Assembly: GCA_951406725.2 (NCBI GenBank)
Contig: OX597824.1
Span: 18,228,001-18,292,000 of the forward strand
Reading direction: 5' to 3'
Origin: Octopus vulgaris
Lineage: Eukaryota
DNA length: 64,000 nucleotides
The translations under genes and the position numbers were made by a program. This document shows positions 42,182 through 58,589 of this stretch, in pieces; within the stretch, counting starts at the first letter, position 1; the number at the start of each line of letters is the position of its first letter. The notes below the pieces were generated by a model. It worked only from the letters and a program-made list of their open reading frames with translations. It made no database searches and was not told the origin of the DNA.

Positions 42182-42798
42182 GAGCAACAACAACAACAAA
42201 GGCAACTTCAACGGTAAAAACACAAAAAAAAAAAAAAGAATACAAGCGTAACGTTAAGAGAAAGTCGACATATTGAAGAGTGTTGGATTAAATTAGACGT
42301 ATGAAATAAGTACGATGTTTCGCGAGCGAACAGGCGGATGAATCTGAAGTGCTTGTATTTGTTAAAGATTTAGAATTCTCTAAGACATATGCCGAATGAC
42401 ATGAATGATGGGTGCCGATATTTTATTAAGACACCGAAAGTGTTTTCTCTTTTAGGACGAATATGAATTCTATTGTATTTTTATTTATTACATTGTTTGT
42501 TTGTTTGGTTTTTGTTTTGTTGTTTGGCTTGGTTTTTGTTCTGCTTTTGTTTTTGTTTATCAAGATTTGTTTTTCGAAAGTTTAAATCCAGTGAAACTTT
42601 GAGATAAGATCTTGTTTTTCCAGTGCACTAACTGGTTTCAAAGTACTACACTTTGTTTGACTTCTACAAAAATATGGCTTCCGATTTCACTCAACATGGA
42701 CGTAAAATTAGCACGGCCAACAGTAAGATTTAAGGAAACTAATGACCACCACTTGTTACAGCCAATCTTATGGACAGATGGATAGATAGATAGATAGA

Positions 42799-43073
42799 TT
42801 TCTTTATTAGCCACGCAGGGCTGCACACAGACGGGACAGATTACAAAGTAGAGCTTTTCTTTTTTGGAGAAGCAGAAAAAAAAAGGTGGGGTAGGTTTTC
42901 GATCAAAAGGGATCGTAAAAGGGAAAGAAGAAAAAAGAAAAGAAAAGAAACAAAAGAAAAGAAACGGTCAATAGGGATCGTGCATCACAGTGTCATGATG
43001 TAAGGTGTAAAGGGGGAAGCAGATAAGGTTTATCCGTGGGAAGAAAAGCCTACGGAAAAGACCACGGTAACCT
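42799..43073 (-). mobile_element. 3'UTR-only copy of the Tx1/L1-like LINE, inside (GATA)n
   Basis: Homologous to 61368-61663; GATA repeats on both flanks. Confidence 0.85.
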
Positions 43074-43099
43074 AGGTAGATAGATAGATACATACATAC

Positions 43100-43167
<68 letters not shown>

Positions 43168-43180
43168 AGTTAGATATAGT

Positions 43181-43409
43181 CGGTCTACGGGATTACCTAG
43201 GGTTTCAAGTCCATAAAGCTCTTAGCTTTACAGTGTATCATCATTCACTAAACTTGTTGGCCGATGGCCTCTCTAGCAAGTGGCCTCCCACTAGTTTCTA
43301 AAGTGGCTACTTGTTAAAGAAACCATAGTCCAACAAGTGTAAGGTCTGATGATACGCTATAGAGCTAAGCGGGCTATGGATATGAACCCCAGGGTAATCC
43401 GATAGACTG
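43181..43409. repeat. Imperfect ~225-bp fold-back (old MITE-like)
   Basis: GTCTACGGGATTACC..CTTAGCT..TATCATCA..ACTTGTTGG..CAAGTGGCC mirrored by GGCTACTTG..CCAACAAGT..TGATGATA..AGCTAAG..GGTAATCCGATAGAC. Confidence 0.75.
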
Positions 43410-43488
43410 GCCTCACCTAAATTTATCTATATACTATACTGCTCTATAAATTGTAGTGTGCTTCTTTTTCGGATTTCCGATCTACCGA

Positions 43489-43523
<35 letters not shown>

Positions 43524-43524
<1 letters not shown>

Positions 43525-44131
43525 GTAAAACAATATGTGACAATTATTCAATAGCCAAGATTAAACTCTGAGTTTCGGATGCCGAGGTGAAAATCCACAA
43601 CACCATCTCTTCGGTTATCTGGCCATCTGAAAAACGCTATGAGAAAAGACCGTTATACAAAGGGAAATTACTGTGTTATAATTCCGCTAATCTAATGACC
43701 GCTAATTAAAATAAGGTTAAAAGTTCATAGTAAACACGTGAGCACGCCTACTCATACGCATACATGTGCGCTCGCGCATCCACGTGCGTACGTATACGTC
43801 GCTATGAAAACGTACACATCTTCACATAGTTTTCATAGTGACGTATACGTACGCACGTGGATGCGCGAGCGCACATGTATGCGTATGAGTAGGCGTGCTC
43901 ACGTGTTTACTATGAACTTTTAACCTTATTTTAATTAGCGGTCATTGGATTAGCGCTTTTATATAAGTAGCGGAATTAAAACAGTAATTTTCCTTTGTAT
44001 AACGGTCTTTTTTCATAACGTTTTTCAGATGACCAGATAACACAAGAGATGGTGTTATGGATTTCCACCTCGGCATCTGAAACTCAGAGTTTTATCTTGG
44101 CTATTGAATAATTGTCACATATAATTTTACA
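43524..44131. mobile_element. ~600-bp palindrome of Penelope-like terminal repeats, each arm with a hammerhead-like motif
   Basis: Arms 43524-43811 and 43829-44131, 17-nt spacer; motifs at 43554-43623 (-) and 44031-44101 (+). Confidence 0.8.
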
Positions 44132-44145
44132 TTATTTTATTTTAC

Positions 44146-44219
44146 ATTATTTTACTGATAAGTTTCCTCTATATACATAATATTGAGGTCTCTTTCTTTT
44201 GTTATCTTACCGTTTTTAC

Positions 44220-44263
<44 letters not shown>

Positions 44264-44337
44264 GTAAAAACGGTAAGATATCAAAAGAAAGAGACCTCAA
44301 TATTATGTATATAGAGGAAACTTATCAGTAAAATAAT
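44146..44337. repeat. Second palindrome, ~80-bp arms centred on (TA)n
   Basis: Arms 44146-44225 and 44258-44337, one mismatch seen. Confidence 0.9.
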
Positions 44338-44341
44338 CAGT

Positions 44342-44391
<50 letters not shown>

Positions 44392-44393
44392 GG

Positions 44394-44469
<76 letters not shown>

Positions 44470-44934
44470 CGTGTGTGTATATATATGTGTGTGTGTATAT
44501 ATATATGTGTATGTGTATATATATATATTGACGTGTGTTATTGAATCTACTGTAAAAATATGTCACACTTCAGTATCTAGGTTTGCCCGAATATTTTAAA
44601 CATCAATTTAAATATCTCAAGTTGGAGATTTTCCGTGCTTTTCAACATGTGTGTGCCCCAGGATGGCTGCAGCCTTAGGGCTGAAACGTGTGAAAGAATA
44701 ATTTATTTATTCAATGGCTGTATCATCATTTCGCTACTTGTTAATCATTTTTAATAAGTTACTGAGTAATTTCATCTGACTATACCGAATCTCGATAATG
44801 AAATGACTAAATTTTGTGGAAAATAACAAATTCATGCATTTACTAATTCAATGCAAGCAAGGAGGTGGCAGTGACACTGCGCTTTGCAAACTTTTAAATA
44901 TTACTGAGATTAATGCCAGCGAAGCTCACCTTGT

Positions 44935-45255
44935 ATTTTATGCGCCCTTTTCAAGCCTAGCCAGTTTCCCGGCTTCTATGGCTGTTTCCCGGCTTCTATG
45001 GCGTATGTGTTCCCCCCTCCCCAGCTGGACGGGACGCCAGTCCATCGCAGCGTTACTCAAGAAACAGGAAGAAAGAGTGGGAAGAAAGTTGGGGCGAGAG
45101 AGTACAACAGGGGTCGTCACCACCCCGTGCCGGAGCCTCGTGGAGCTTTAGGTGTTTTCGCTCAATAAACACACACAACGCCCAGTCTGGGAATCGAAAC
45201 CGAGATCATTTGACCCCGAATCCGCTGCCCTAGCCACTGGACCATTGCGCCTCTA
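44935..45255 (-). mobile_element. SINE group C, head/body as 820-1020 but tail type 3
   Basis: Switch point ..TTCCTGTTTCTTG/AGTAACGCTGCGATGGACTGG. Confidence 0.85.
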
Positions 45256-45840
45256 CGAAGCACATCTTGGATATCCAAAAATCAATGTTTACCTAAGTAA
45301 AACAAACATGCGCTGATTCTCAAAGAAACGGTAGGTATGATCACAATGTTATATTGTAGGACACAAGCCTGGGCATAGATATTTGTGGAACCCCCAGCAG
45401 TGAGGCTGTTGACTCAAATGGTACCTGAATTATTTTAAGTGTGTTAGTGAGTATATGTTATCTGGTATCATTTAGAGGAATGATATTAGCTGATGATACC
45501 ATAAATCTGTTTTAAAAAAATATATTCTGCTCTGATAAATATTTCTTCCTGTTATTTCTATATTAGCATACTTACTATTTATCGCTATGAGATGTTTTTA
45601 ATAATTGTTTTAGAGCACAAAAATATACTGAAATATTTAATAAATTTGCGGTAAAGTTTAGAAATAAATTTTAGGACTTTCCCACCCCTACTTTTTCCAT
45701 TCTACGACAAATTTCTAACAGAATATCCGTCTCCAAATATACATACATGCATATATATGTAGGTGGAGTGTGTGTGAGTTTGTGTGTATGTTTGAGTGTT
45801 AATTACACGTGTGTGTGTGTGTGTGTGTGTGTGTATGTAC

Positions 45841-46221
45841 AGGCGCAGGAGTGGATGTGTTCTAAGAAACTTTATTCACAAACACATTGTTCCGGGTTCA
45901 GTCCCATTGCGTGACAATTTCGCCGACCAAAGCCTTGTGAGTGGATTTGGTCGACGGAAATTGAAAGAAGCCCGTCGATTATATATATATATATATATAT
46001 GCGTGTATGTATGTGTGCATTTGTCTGACTGTGTTTGGCTCGCCACCACCATCGTTTGGTAACCGATGTTGGTGTGTTTACGTCCCCGTGACCTAGCGCT
46101 TCTGCAAAAGTGAGCGATAGAATAAGTTCTAGGCTTCCGAAATATAAGTCCATGGCTCGATTTCTACTGAAGGTGGTGCTCCAGCATGGCCGCGATCAAA
46201 TGACTGAAACAAGTAAAAGAG

Positions 46222-46224
<3 letters not shown>
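45841..46224 (+). mobile_element. SINE group B (internal deletion)
   Basis: Homology to other group B copies. Confidence 0.85.
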
Positions 46225-46278
<54 letters not shown>

Positions 46279-46280
<2 letters not shown>

Positions 46281-46532
46281 TAAACAGTAAAAATAATTAC
46301 AGACATGGACAAGAACATGAAACGCCACAGAGACGACACAAGAACCACAGGACGGGACATTCGAAGCCCTCAGTCATCAGTCAAGAACCAGATCATCTTA
46401 GCAATTTCGGCTGATTAATCTTGAGATTGCTCCGATATGGGCAGCCCGCCACGGGAAATCTAAGCCAAGTGCATTAGATCCCCTGGAAGAAAGCTTCGAA
46501 TGTATACAACACGAGGACGGAAAACGAACGAA

Positions 46533-46535
<3 letters not shown>
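46279..46535 (-). mobile_element. (TA)n-flanked repeat with non-canonical hammerhead-like motif
   Basis: Minus strand TTGA-CTGATGA-CTGAGGGCTTC-GAATGTCCCGTC; related to 53515-53775. Confidence 0.45.
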
Positions 46536-46571
<36 letters not shown>

Positions 46572-47134
46572 TAAATTAGAGATAAAACCACTATTAGGCA
46601 AATCATACAATGAAAAACTTAAGCCAATACATAAGATTAATTAATTTATATTATTTTAAATATATATCAAAAATATTAAAAAAAGATAATTAGTATAACA
46701 CTACGATCGTTTCATGGCTGTCGAATTCGTAAAAATTCGTGTTATTGAAACCACAGGTATTAATTTGTTCCGTCCTTGCGTTGTTTCGGTTTTGTATTAT
46801 TACTTCATACATTATTGCTCCTGTCACATCTATTTCTACTAACACCACCACGTCCGTGACTTTCCATCCTTCTCCCCTTCCACCTTATCATCGCCACTAA
46901 CACCACCATCGACACACAACAACCACGATCGAAATGGCGCTTTTATCCTCATCAACGGTTATTCGTATTATCGCGTTGGTGTGCGTCCAAAAAATGTCAT
47001 ATACGGACAGGAGAGTAAAAAGATAAAGATCTGAACGGAGGAAGCAAGGAAAACGCCGCGTTGAAAAGACAAGATAAGGGAGGGAGAGCAAGAGCGCACG
47101 TATACGTGCGTGTGTCTGTGTGTCTGTGTGTGTT

Positions 47135-47169
<35 letters not shown>

Positions 47170-47265
47170 CTGTGTGTGTCTCTCTCTCTCTCTCTGTGTT
47201 GCGTGGGTGACAGAGAGACAGAGAGAGAAATTGAGAGTGGTGGAAACATATATAGATATACACAC

Positions 47266-47323
<58 letters not shown>

Positions 47324-47376
47324 CTATGTATGTATGCATGTATGTATATATATATATATGTGTGTACATATATATG

Positions 47377-47561
<185 letters not shown>

Positions 47562-47992
47562 ATGTGTGTGTATGTGAGGAGAGAGGAGTATCTGCTGCCA
47601 GTAAATTTGTCCGAAATTCAAATATACATATAGATAAAAATACATAATAATAAATAATGATTGCTGTTATATAGAATAATAGTAAAAATAGGCGAAACCA
47701 AACAAAAGATGCTAAAACTGGATGGAAAAAAGAAAGTAGGCAAAGAAGCATTAAAAAAAAAGCTCACAATACATTAAACGACGCCAAAATGGAAACAAAC
47801 CAAAAATTCTTATATTGGGCTCAGATCTAGAGCTTATCTATCTCCGACGTAGCCTACTGGACAGATTAAGTTGTTGTAAGACGGCCATATTAGATTTAGG
47901 TGAAACTTCTTGTTTAAGGGATGAAAAAAACAAAACCCACATATAAATACATGTATATATATATATACATATATATATGTATATATATATAT

Positions 47993-48027
<35 letters not shown>

Positions 48028-48138
48028 AATATATATATATATATGTGTGTGTATATATATATAACAGAATTACAAGAAACAAAAATGAACACGTACCAGA
48101 TTTCACAAACATTTAAACAAACGTACTACAACTACCAT

Positions 48139-48238
48139 TGGTGGTGGCGGTGGTGGTGGCAGCGGCGGTGGTGGTGGTGGTGGTGGTGTTGGTGGTGGTG
48201 GTGGTGGTGGCGGTGGTGGTGGTGGCGGCGGCGGCGGT
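48139..48238. repeat. (GGT/GGC)n trinucleotide repeat
   Basis: Directly visible. Confidence 0.95.
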
Positions 48239-48460
48239 GTTAAGAACAACAACAACAACACCAACAAACAGGTATGTTGCCTTGTTATCTAAAGAAACTG
48301 ATAGCAGCAAAAAGAATCCTATAAAAATATGATTGGATTAATGGGTTTGTGGCAGATTAACGATGCATACTTCACACATACGCATACATACACTCATGCA
48401 TACATACATACATATAGATAAATTAAACATATAGACATATATATATCATATGTACATATA

Positions 48461-48498
<38 letters not shown>

Positions 48499-48528
48499 AA
48501 CATGCATAAATGTATATATATTCATACT

Positions 48529-48583
<55 letters not shown>

Positions 48584-48765
48584 ATGTATGTATGTATGTA
48601 TGTATGTATGTATGTATATATATTCACACATACGTATATATATATATAGGACTGTGTGGATTGGTGAAAGTTTGAGCTATGCGTCGTTTCATTGTTTAGA
48701 AAGTATTAAATCATCTTGTTTATTTGATTTTTGTTTATTATATTCTGACTAATGAAAAGGTGTTG

Positions 48766-48796
<31 letters not shown>

Positions 48797-49069
48797 TTCT
48801 TGTTAGCTAAATATCGGGGACAGCTTGTGTATATATATGTGTGTGTATCTGTGAATGTGTTTATTTTTTGCTTTCTGTGAATGAATGCGTATATCTTTCG
48901 TATCTGTGCCTGCGTATGTCATCCCTGCGTGTCTGTTACGTGTACACTTCATTATGCATAGGAATTCGTGATAGGGATTTGAGTATACACTCGCACACAC
49001 ACAAACACACATACACACATACAGACACACATACAAACAAACACACACGCACGAACAAACACAAAATCA

Positions 49070-49103
<34 letters not shown>

Positions 49104-49197
49104 TATACACACACGAAGATAAGTCAGAAAGCATTGCAATTTTCATGTCTTTCAAATTCTTGTGTTCCTGTGTATGTGTGTAGTGTATGTGTGTACG

Positions 49198-49275
<78 letters not shown>

Positions 49276-49568
49276 CATGCATACTTATATATATATATAT
49301 ATCTGTGTGTGTATGTATATATGAATATTTATATGAATATATGTGTCTATGTATGTATTTATGTATGTATGTATGTATGTATGTGTGTGCGTTTGCATGT
49401 GTGTGAGAGTGTGTCTCTTCCTCTGTATCTCTGTAAGTGGATATGTAAGTGAGAGATATTTCATCACTGACTTAGCTTTATCTATCTTTTCGTCATCCCT
49501 TGCTCTTTCAGTAATTTACCTTTATATTCATACGCACCTGAAATTCATATTCCAGCTTAAACACTCAC

Positions 49569-49604
<36 letters not shown>

Positions 49605-49617
49605 TCACACACACATA

Positions 49618-49684
<67 letters not shown>

Positions 49685-50049
49685 AGAGGACTATTGCATG
49701 GTACTGCCAACAACAATATTATACTTATTTTCTGGAATATCTATACACGAGATGTCATCAAAACGTTCCCCGATTTGTTACGTATAATAAAAAACAAATT
49801 ATTTACCATATGTTTTCGTACTACGGAACTAGTCAGGGAAGAAGACTCAGTTTTCCGGAGCCCAACGGTGGGCATCTAAATCGAAACATTTTACTAAATC
49901 CAACCATTTTACTACAGTTGTTAATTGTGGAACATGTCTGTCACAACATAAATCTGATGATTGCGCAACATATGAAAGTACTAGTTTATTTCAATATCGT
50001 AAAATTGTAACATTGGCAAATAATAAAACGTGAAAACCAGATTTTTATC

Positions 50050-50262
50050 TTTTGTTTCAGTAATTAGACTTTTGGCCATGCTAGGACACTGCCTAGAAGA
50101 GATTTTATTCGAAAAAAATCGTCCCCAGTACCTTTTTCAAAGCCTTGTTACTTATTCTATCAATGTCTTCTGCCGAACGGCTAAGTTATGGGGACGTAAA
50201 CAGACCAACACCGGTTGTCAAGCGGTGATGATGAGGACAAACACAAAGACACACACAAATAT

Positions 50263-50293
<31 letters not shown>

Positions 50294-50300
50294 AGACGCA
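50050..50300 (-). mobile_element. Degenerate SINE group B 3' half
   Basis: GCCGAACGGCTAAGTTATGGGGACGTAAAC. Confidence 0.7.
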
Positions 50301-51066
50301 TACACACACACACACAGAGAAAGTGGCCAATCCTATGTGAGGTATGACATTATTTCTTGAACGGTTTTTTGTTTCATACCCTTTCCATTAAAATTGCTGG
50401 ACTTGTGTCAAACTTTGAGACTAATGTATACTAAGACAAAGAGAGAGAGAGATAGAGAGAGAGAGAGCGAGAGTGAGAGAGAGAGAAAGAGATGATTAGA
50501 AAGAGGATTCAAACTGTGTCTATCTGTGTAGTATTTGTTAGTTATGACGCCATCTTAATCTACAGACCAGTTGATTGAATCAGAATCGCCTCGGAATATT
50601 TCAAGTATGAAAACTTTATCCGAGTCACATTTGAACACCACTACTCTGGGTTTGGTTTACTTTTTTGTAATTGGAGAAGTAGTTACAAAGTATTGATGCA
50701 CTTTTCTTTATGTAGTTGAAAAAAAACATAAAGAACTGTTGTGATTAATTCATTATTATAAGTCTTGAAAAGATTACCAAATTGTGTTTTCCTTATTGTA
50801 GCTGAAGATGGGCGTCTCTAATTCAATTTAAAATAATCTTGTCTTTATGATCTCATACACTTGCAGATTTTCGTTCATCGTAGTTATTGCGTCTGATTAG
50901 ATCTAGATGTCTATACGAGGACACAAGTTTGTAATCCCAGCATTTTCTTCTGATGATATTAAATATTAAAGAAAAGATAGTTTTCAACTCTTTGGTAGTT
51001 TTAGAAGGACTGTTTCAGAATATCTCGATCATTTAAGTATAACGTTATTATTACTATCATTATTAT

Positions 51067-51583
51067 TGAGTGAGAGAGCAGCGCATGCCATCAAAGTGAC
51101 TAGCCGTCTCATAAGAGTACCCCTGGCACATGCATCACAACCATATATACGTGACATGGTGATCTCATATCAAGAGAAACAGCACATTATCTTGCAGGTG
51201 GGGCCCAGTTAGAATTTTCTTCGGGTTGTGTAGCCCATCCTGCTCAAAAGGTACCTGAATACGATTTGTTTAAGGGTGATGAACAAAACACCCATATTTT
51301 CAGAAGTGAATTTTTCAAACTCCAAAGAATTCATCTCAACACATGGCTATAATACTTCCTCACTACTCATGCTCTTGATCAGAGATGCCCATATCGTCAG
51401 CCACTAAGAGACATAGTCAACTGGTTAAGGGCAAGCAACTGACAAGCAAATCTGTGGTATTGAGCAGAATATTTGCTGTAGTCCATCTTTTATACCAAGA
51501 AAAAACAATGTACGTGATAACACTTCCAATCAGTTAAGATCAGAAGCCATGAGAGCCACTACCTAGTACTGCATCAGGGCATT
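51067..51583 (-). mobile_element. (TAA)n-embedded non-coding element, third copy
   Basis: Reverse complement of 35921-36483 with an internal deletion; (TTA)n on both flanks. Confidence 0.8.
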
Positions 51584-51809
51584 TATTATTATTATTATTA
51601 TTATTGTTGTTGTTGTTGTTGCTGCTGATGTTGCTGGTGTCGTTCCTGCTGCTGGTGTCGTTGTTGTAGCTGTTATTGTTATAATTGAGGCGAGCTGATA
51701 GAACCGTTGAATATTGGGGCTGATGTCAATTTTCCCGTACCTCAATAAACTGCTGATCGTGCCCCATAATTTGTTGCAGTTTTAGTGCTGTTAACAGTTG
51801 TAGCAGCCC

Positions 51810-51833
51810 TGGTGGTGGTGGTATTAGTAGTAA

Positions 51834-51902
<69 letters not shown>

Positions 51903-52142
51903 AAGCAACAGCAGCAGCAGCAGTAGTAGTAGTAGTAGTAGTAGTAATAATGTTAGTAGTAGTAGGGGAGGAGGACGAAGTGATGTTGATGGTGGTGGGA
52001 GGAAGTTGGAGGAGAAGGAAGAGGAGGAGGACGACGACGACGACGATGAGGAAAACGAAAAGGTGCAGCAGTACCATTGCATTTTGTCATTACCATCGTC
52101 ATCACTGGCAGCAACAGTAGCAGCAGTAGCAGCAGCAGCAAC
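51810..52142. repeat. Compound (GGT/TAG/CAG/GAG/GAC)n microsatellite
   Basis: Directly visible. Confidence 0.9.
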
Positions 52143-52487
52143 AGGTGCAGTTACATCACCATATCGCTAGTAAACCATAATCGGATCTGAAACCAATAGC
52201 ATACGTCCATTAAGAAATGGAAAAGGAAATTGTATACTTCTTATAAGACTCTGCTATATAAATAAGTAAAAGTAGGTGCCATTTTCATAATGGAACAATA
52301 GAATTTGGTATTCATAAGGCAGGTGCCTCTTAAATTATTCTGTAAATATCTCTTAGACGGCGATCTTTTGCGCTTGGTTTGTAGTTAGTCTATAAACAAT
52401 CAATTTCCAAAGATAACGGTCTTTCTTCTGTTGTTTATAGACTTATATATATGCACATATATATACATACATCCACACGTACGCACG

Positions 52488-52519
<32 letters not shown>

Positions 52520-52693
52520 CATATACATTTATATATATATACATACATACATTTTTTACTTTTTTTTACTTTTTATTTTTTATTTTTTACTTTTTTTTTA
52601 TTTTTTACTTTTTATTAAAATTTTATGTATTGATTAGTTCTTTCCTTGTTTGTTTTGCAAAATAGTGGTTTTGTCTCTAATTAATATTATATG

Positions 52694-52770
<77 letters not shown>

Positions 52771-53250
52771 GATAGATAGAAATGCATGTATACCTCTGTG
52801 TATGTGTCTATGTGTTTGTGTCTGTGTGCGAGTGTTTGTGTGAGTACGTTTCAATGTATATGCATTCATTTAATTGTATAAACTCTTATGTGTGCGTGCA
52901 TGTGTCTGTGAGAGTGTTTGCTAGAATATATTCCTAAAGTGTTGTGCATACAAAATTAATTAAGTACTAATGTTATAAATTATTGTTTTACATGAAACAA
53001 TTTATCTCACTTAATTTCTGAAAGAAAAACAAAATTGCATCCATAACCGGTATTACGTTGTGTAATAGTCAACACTTCTGATCGTTTTTCGCGGTTTTTG
53101 TCCTGTTGTCTCGAGGTGCCGCATTGCCTTTTGAATCTTGTCCGGTCACCTAATCTTCGGAGAATTAAATTTTTAACATGGCTTTGCTTGGAAATATGAG
53201 AAATATGTTGTTCGTAGACCACTGTACTTTTACTGCGGAGAGAGTTAAAC

Positions 53251-53361
<111 letters not shown>

Positions 53362-53514
53362 CAGATAGATTGATAGATAGATTGATAGATGGATGGATCG
53401 ATTGATGGATGGATAGATAGATGGATAGGTAGATAGGTAGGTAGGTAGGTGGATGGATAGATAGATATGTAGGTAGGTAGGTAGGTAGGTAGGTAGGTAG
53501 ATATATAGATAGGT

Positions 53515-53919
<405 letters not shown>

Positions 53920-55062
53920 CAGACCGACAGGCAGACAGATAGATAGATAGGTATATAGATAGGTAGATATACAAATACATGTGTAATAGGTATATATATG
54001 TTAAATTTACTGTTTATAATAATAATCACTTCCTAGTTTCGGCGGGGAAGGTTGAAATTTGATATTATTGTGATGAGTGGTCAGTCTACATCTATCCATC
54101 ACTACAGGTTTATAGCTTTAAGTTTATAGTGTGTATGTGCGTGCATATACACACACATACTTACATATATACATACATACATACATACTTACACACAGGC
54201 GTGTATGCATACATACACACATACATACGTACATATATATGACGAACTAACTGTTACTTTCTCAGATGCAGCACGGATTTTTGTCAGTGAACAGGTCGCG
54301 GATTTTAGCGACGAAAATATTTTGACAAATTAAACTTAAATGTTGAAGTCAATCGAACGGCCGGCTTTTGTGTGTTTATTAAATGGCTTACAAACACCTT
54401 CCACGCTGTAATAATATCATTATTATTAATAATATTGACATTTATATTAAATGTGGTAAACTGCGAGGATAGTTTGAAAGCAGGGAAAATGTTTAGCTAC
54501 ATTTTGCCCGTCTTTAAGTTCTGATTTTTTTCGATTGGGTTCGTGGTTGATAAAATAAGTATCATTTGAGAACTGGGGTCGTCGTAATCGACTTAACCCC
54601 TTCTGTCACTTATATCCAATGATGTGCAGATGTTTTACTATCATTTCATTTCTTATTCCCTTTTGTATTCATTTCATAAAACAATCAGCATAAACTTGAG
54701 ACAGCTATCATCTGCCAAGATGAGACAACGATCATGTATGTATATACAAATGTCTATGTGTCTTTGGAAAGCGGTGCTTGGTAACTACACGACGCAACAA
54801 GGTTTACCAAAACGTTGGAACACTGTAACTTGATAATAATTTTTTTAGGTTCGATATAGATTCCTATATTTGAAACCGAAGAAAATATTCGATTGTATTT
54901 AACGAAGCGAAGAAGACTTAATTTACAAAGCAAAGCAAAAGAAAATCACTGTCAGAAATTGAAATGAAAATCTGAATGAACATACATAAGCACCGAAATG
55001 AGGTTTACTCGGCTGTTATGGAGATTCTTCTATTAGCCCTCTGTACTTTAGAGAAATATTAG

Positions 55063-55487
<425 letters not shown>

Positions 55488-56123
55488 TTAACGATAGGAT
55501 TAAGCAACGTTATAATTTTTGAGATTTAGGTGAAGTCAATTCAGAAGCTTAAAATATATATTTTTTGGTTATATTTATTTATATTCACAGATATGATAGA
55601 AGACGAAAATCGAAGATGTTACAATTTGAACCCTGGACCCCGAATCTCTTCGAAAGCAAGCTAACGTAAATACCAAAACCACTAAGAATTATTAGGCAGC
55701 ACTAACCACGCACGATTCAACCAATTTAACCTGCCTACAGTAGTTCAATAACAAAAACAGCCAAACACCGATAGGAACAGGGCAGATATTGTACCAATAC
55801 CACGAAAAAAGGTGGAGCTATCATAAATTATTCACCAATACCATTACTGTCATGTGTTTGATCTTCGCTACCTTGTCTGTGTGTCTGTTTTCTGTTCTTT
55901 ACGAAGTCCATGAATAAACATGCCTCAGAATAAATCCTTCGCTTTACGTTTATCATATAACTTCGGTCTGCTTCACAACGTTTGCAGTGTAAGTGTGTGT
56001 TCAACTGAGCCGACACACATACACGCACGTATATAGCCACTAATAAATATGTATAGATATATGTGTGAATATGTGTGGCTATACATTCACACGCTAGTAC
56101 ACGAAAATACGTGTGTGCGTGTG

Positions 56124-56156
<33 letters not shown>

Positions 56157-56368
56157 ATGTGTGTGTGTATACATATATGTATGTATGAATGTATGTATGT
56201 CTGTGCATATATAACTATATGCTTATATATTTATATATATATACACGCTTATGTGCAGATATAGTGTGTGCTAGCGTGTCTTTACCGACACACACATATA
56301 CAACCATACACACACTTCCACACATATTTATACATATATACGCATATTATTAGCATTATCTATCTATC

Positions 56369-56410
<42 letters not shown>

Positions 56411-56414
56411 CTTT

Positions 56415-56898
<484 letters not shown>

Positions 56899-57551
56899 AG
56901 TTATGGAGCAAAAAGAGATACAACTCAATACATTAAAGTATATACGTTTTCTATATACTTAATCGTCGCAGTATTGCCAATGAAAGGACTGAAAGTGACT
57001 CGAAGGCTCTACAGTTTCTGTGTGGCAGTGATCAAAGATATAAAACTTAAGATCTAAGATTTATCATGTACGAAACCCTTAATTCTTCAGTTGAATATTT
57101 ATCTCCCTGCTGATTAAATATAATGTATGTATATGCGGTGTATATGCATGTGTGTGTGTTTGTCTCTCTCTGTGTAAAACACACACGCATATATATGTTA
57201 TATGTGTGTGGATATAATATATATATATATAATATATATTTATATGCGTATATACTCATAGATTTCAACACACGAATTTATATATATATATATATATATA
57301 TGAATAATTATGCATGTGTATATACATATATGTGTGTGCATGTGTCTGTCTGCATATCGGTGTGCATGTATTTGTGTCTGTGTGTGTCAATCTGTGAATA
57401 TATGTAGGCATGGCCGTAAAAGACAAGATATGCGCATGTATATATACGAATCTATCGTTGCATAAATAAACACATATACTTGTGAGTATATAAAGGTATG
57501 TATGGAATAATATCTAACTATATGCAAGTACATATGCATATATGTACGAAG

Positions 57552-57582
<31 letters not shown>

Positions 57583-57755
57583 CATATACATATATGTACA
57601 TATACATATATTTGTGTGCATATATATATATATGCATATATATATATATATGCATATATATATATGCACATATATATATATGTGTGTGTATATATACATA
57701 TATATATATACGCACACACATATTTATATGCAAATATGCATGCTTAAATATTTAT

Positions 57756-57804
<49 letters not shown>

Positions 57805-57960
57805 CATATATTTTTACATTTATGCATATATGTATACACACATACTTATACAAACACAAATAGACACGCACATACACACGAACACATAAGTAATGCTAAT
57901 AAATATAGTTATGCAACAAATTGTAAATGGAATCATATGAGCAAATACACAACTAGGTAA

Positions 57961-57992
<32 letters not shown>

Positions 57993-58334
57993 ATATCTAT
58001 ATGTATATATATATATATATATGTATATGTACACACACACACACATATATATATGTATGTGTGTGTCTGTATGTATGTAAGTGAAAGTGTGTATGTGTAT
58101 GTGTATGTTGATGTGCAGGTTTCTATGGAGAGAACCATAATAGGGAAAATCTTTGTCTTTGGGTATAATACACTTTCGCATTTTATAATGTCGGGTGCAT
58201 CAACTGGGACCAATGACCATACGGCAACATACGCTATATAAATAAACATAAAAAGCGTGCCCTAAAAAAAGGGTTTACGTATACGTCGATACACTTGCAG
58301 ACACTTGCACGTAAAAATCCTCATTCTCTAGTAA

Positions 58335-58418
<84 letters not shown>

Positions 58419-58510
58419 GTATATATATGTATATATTTCTTTATGTATATATGTACTATACATACGTGTGTGTATACGTGTGTGTGTCTGCATGTGCGTA
58501 TATTTACAAA

Positions 58511-58589
<79 letters not shown>

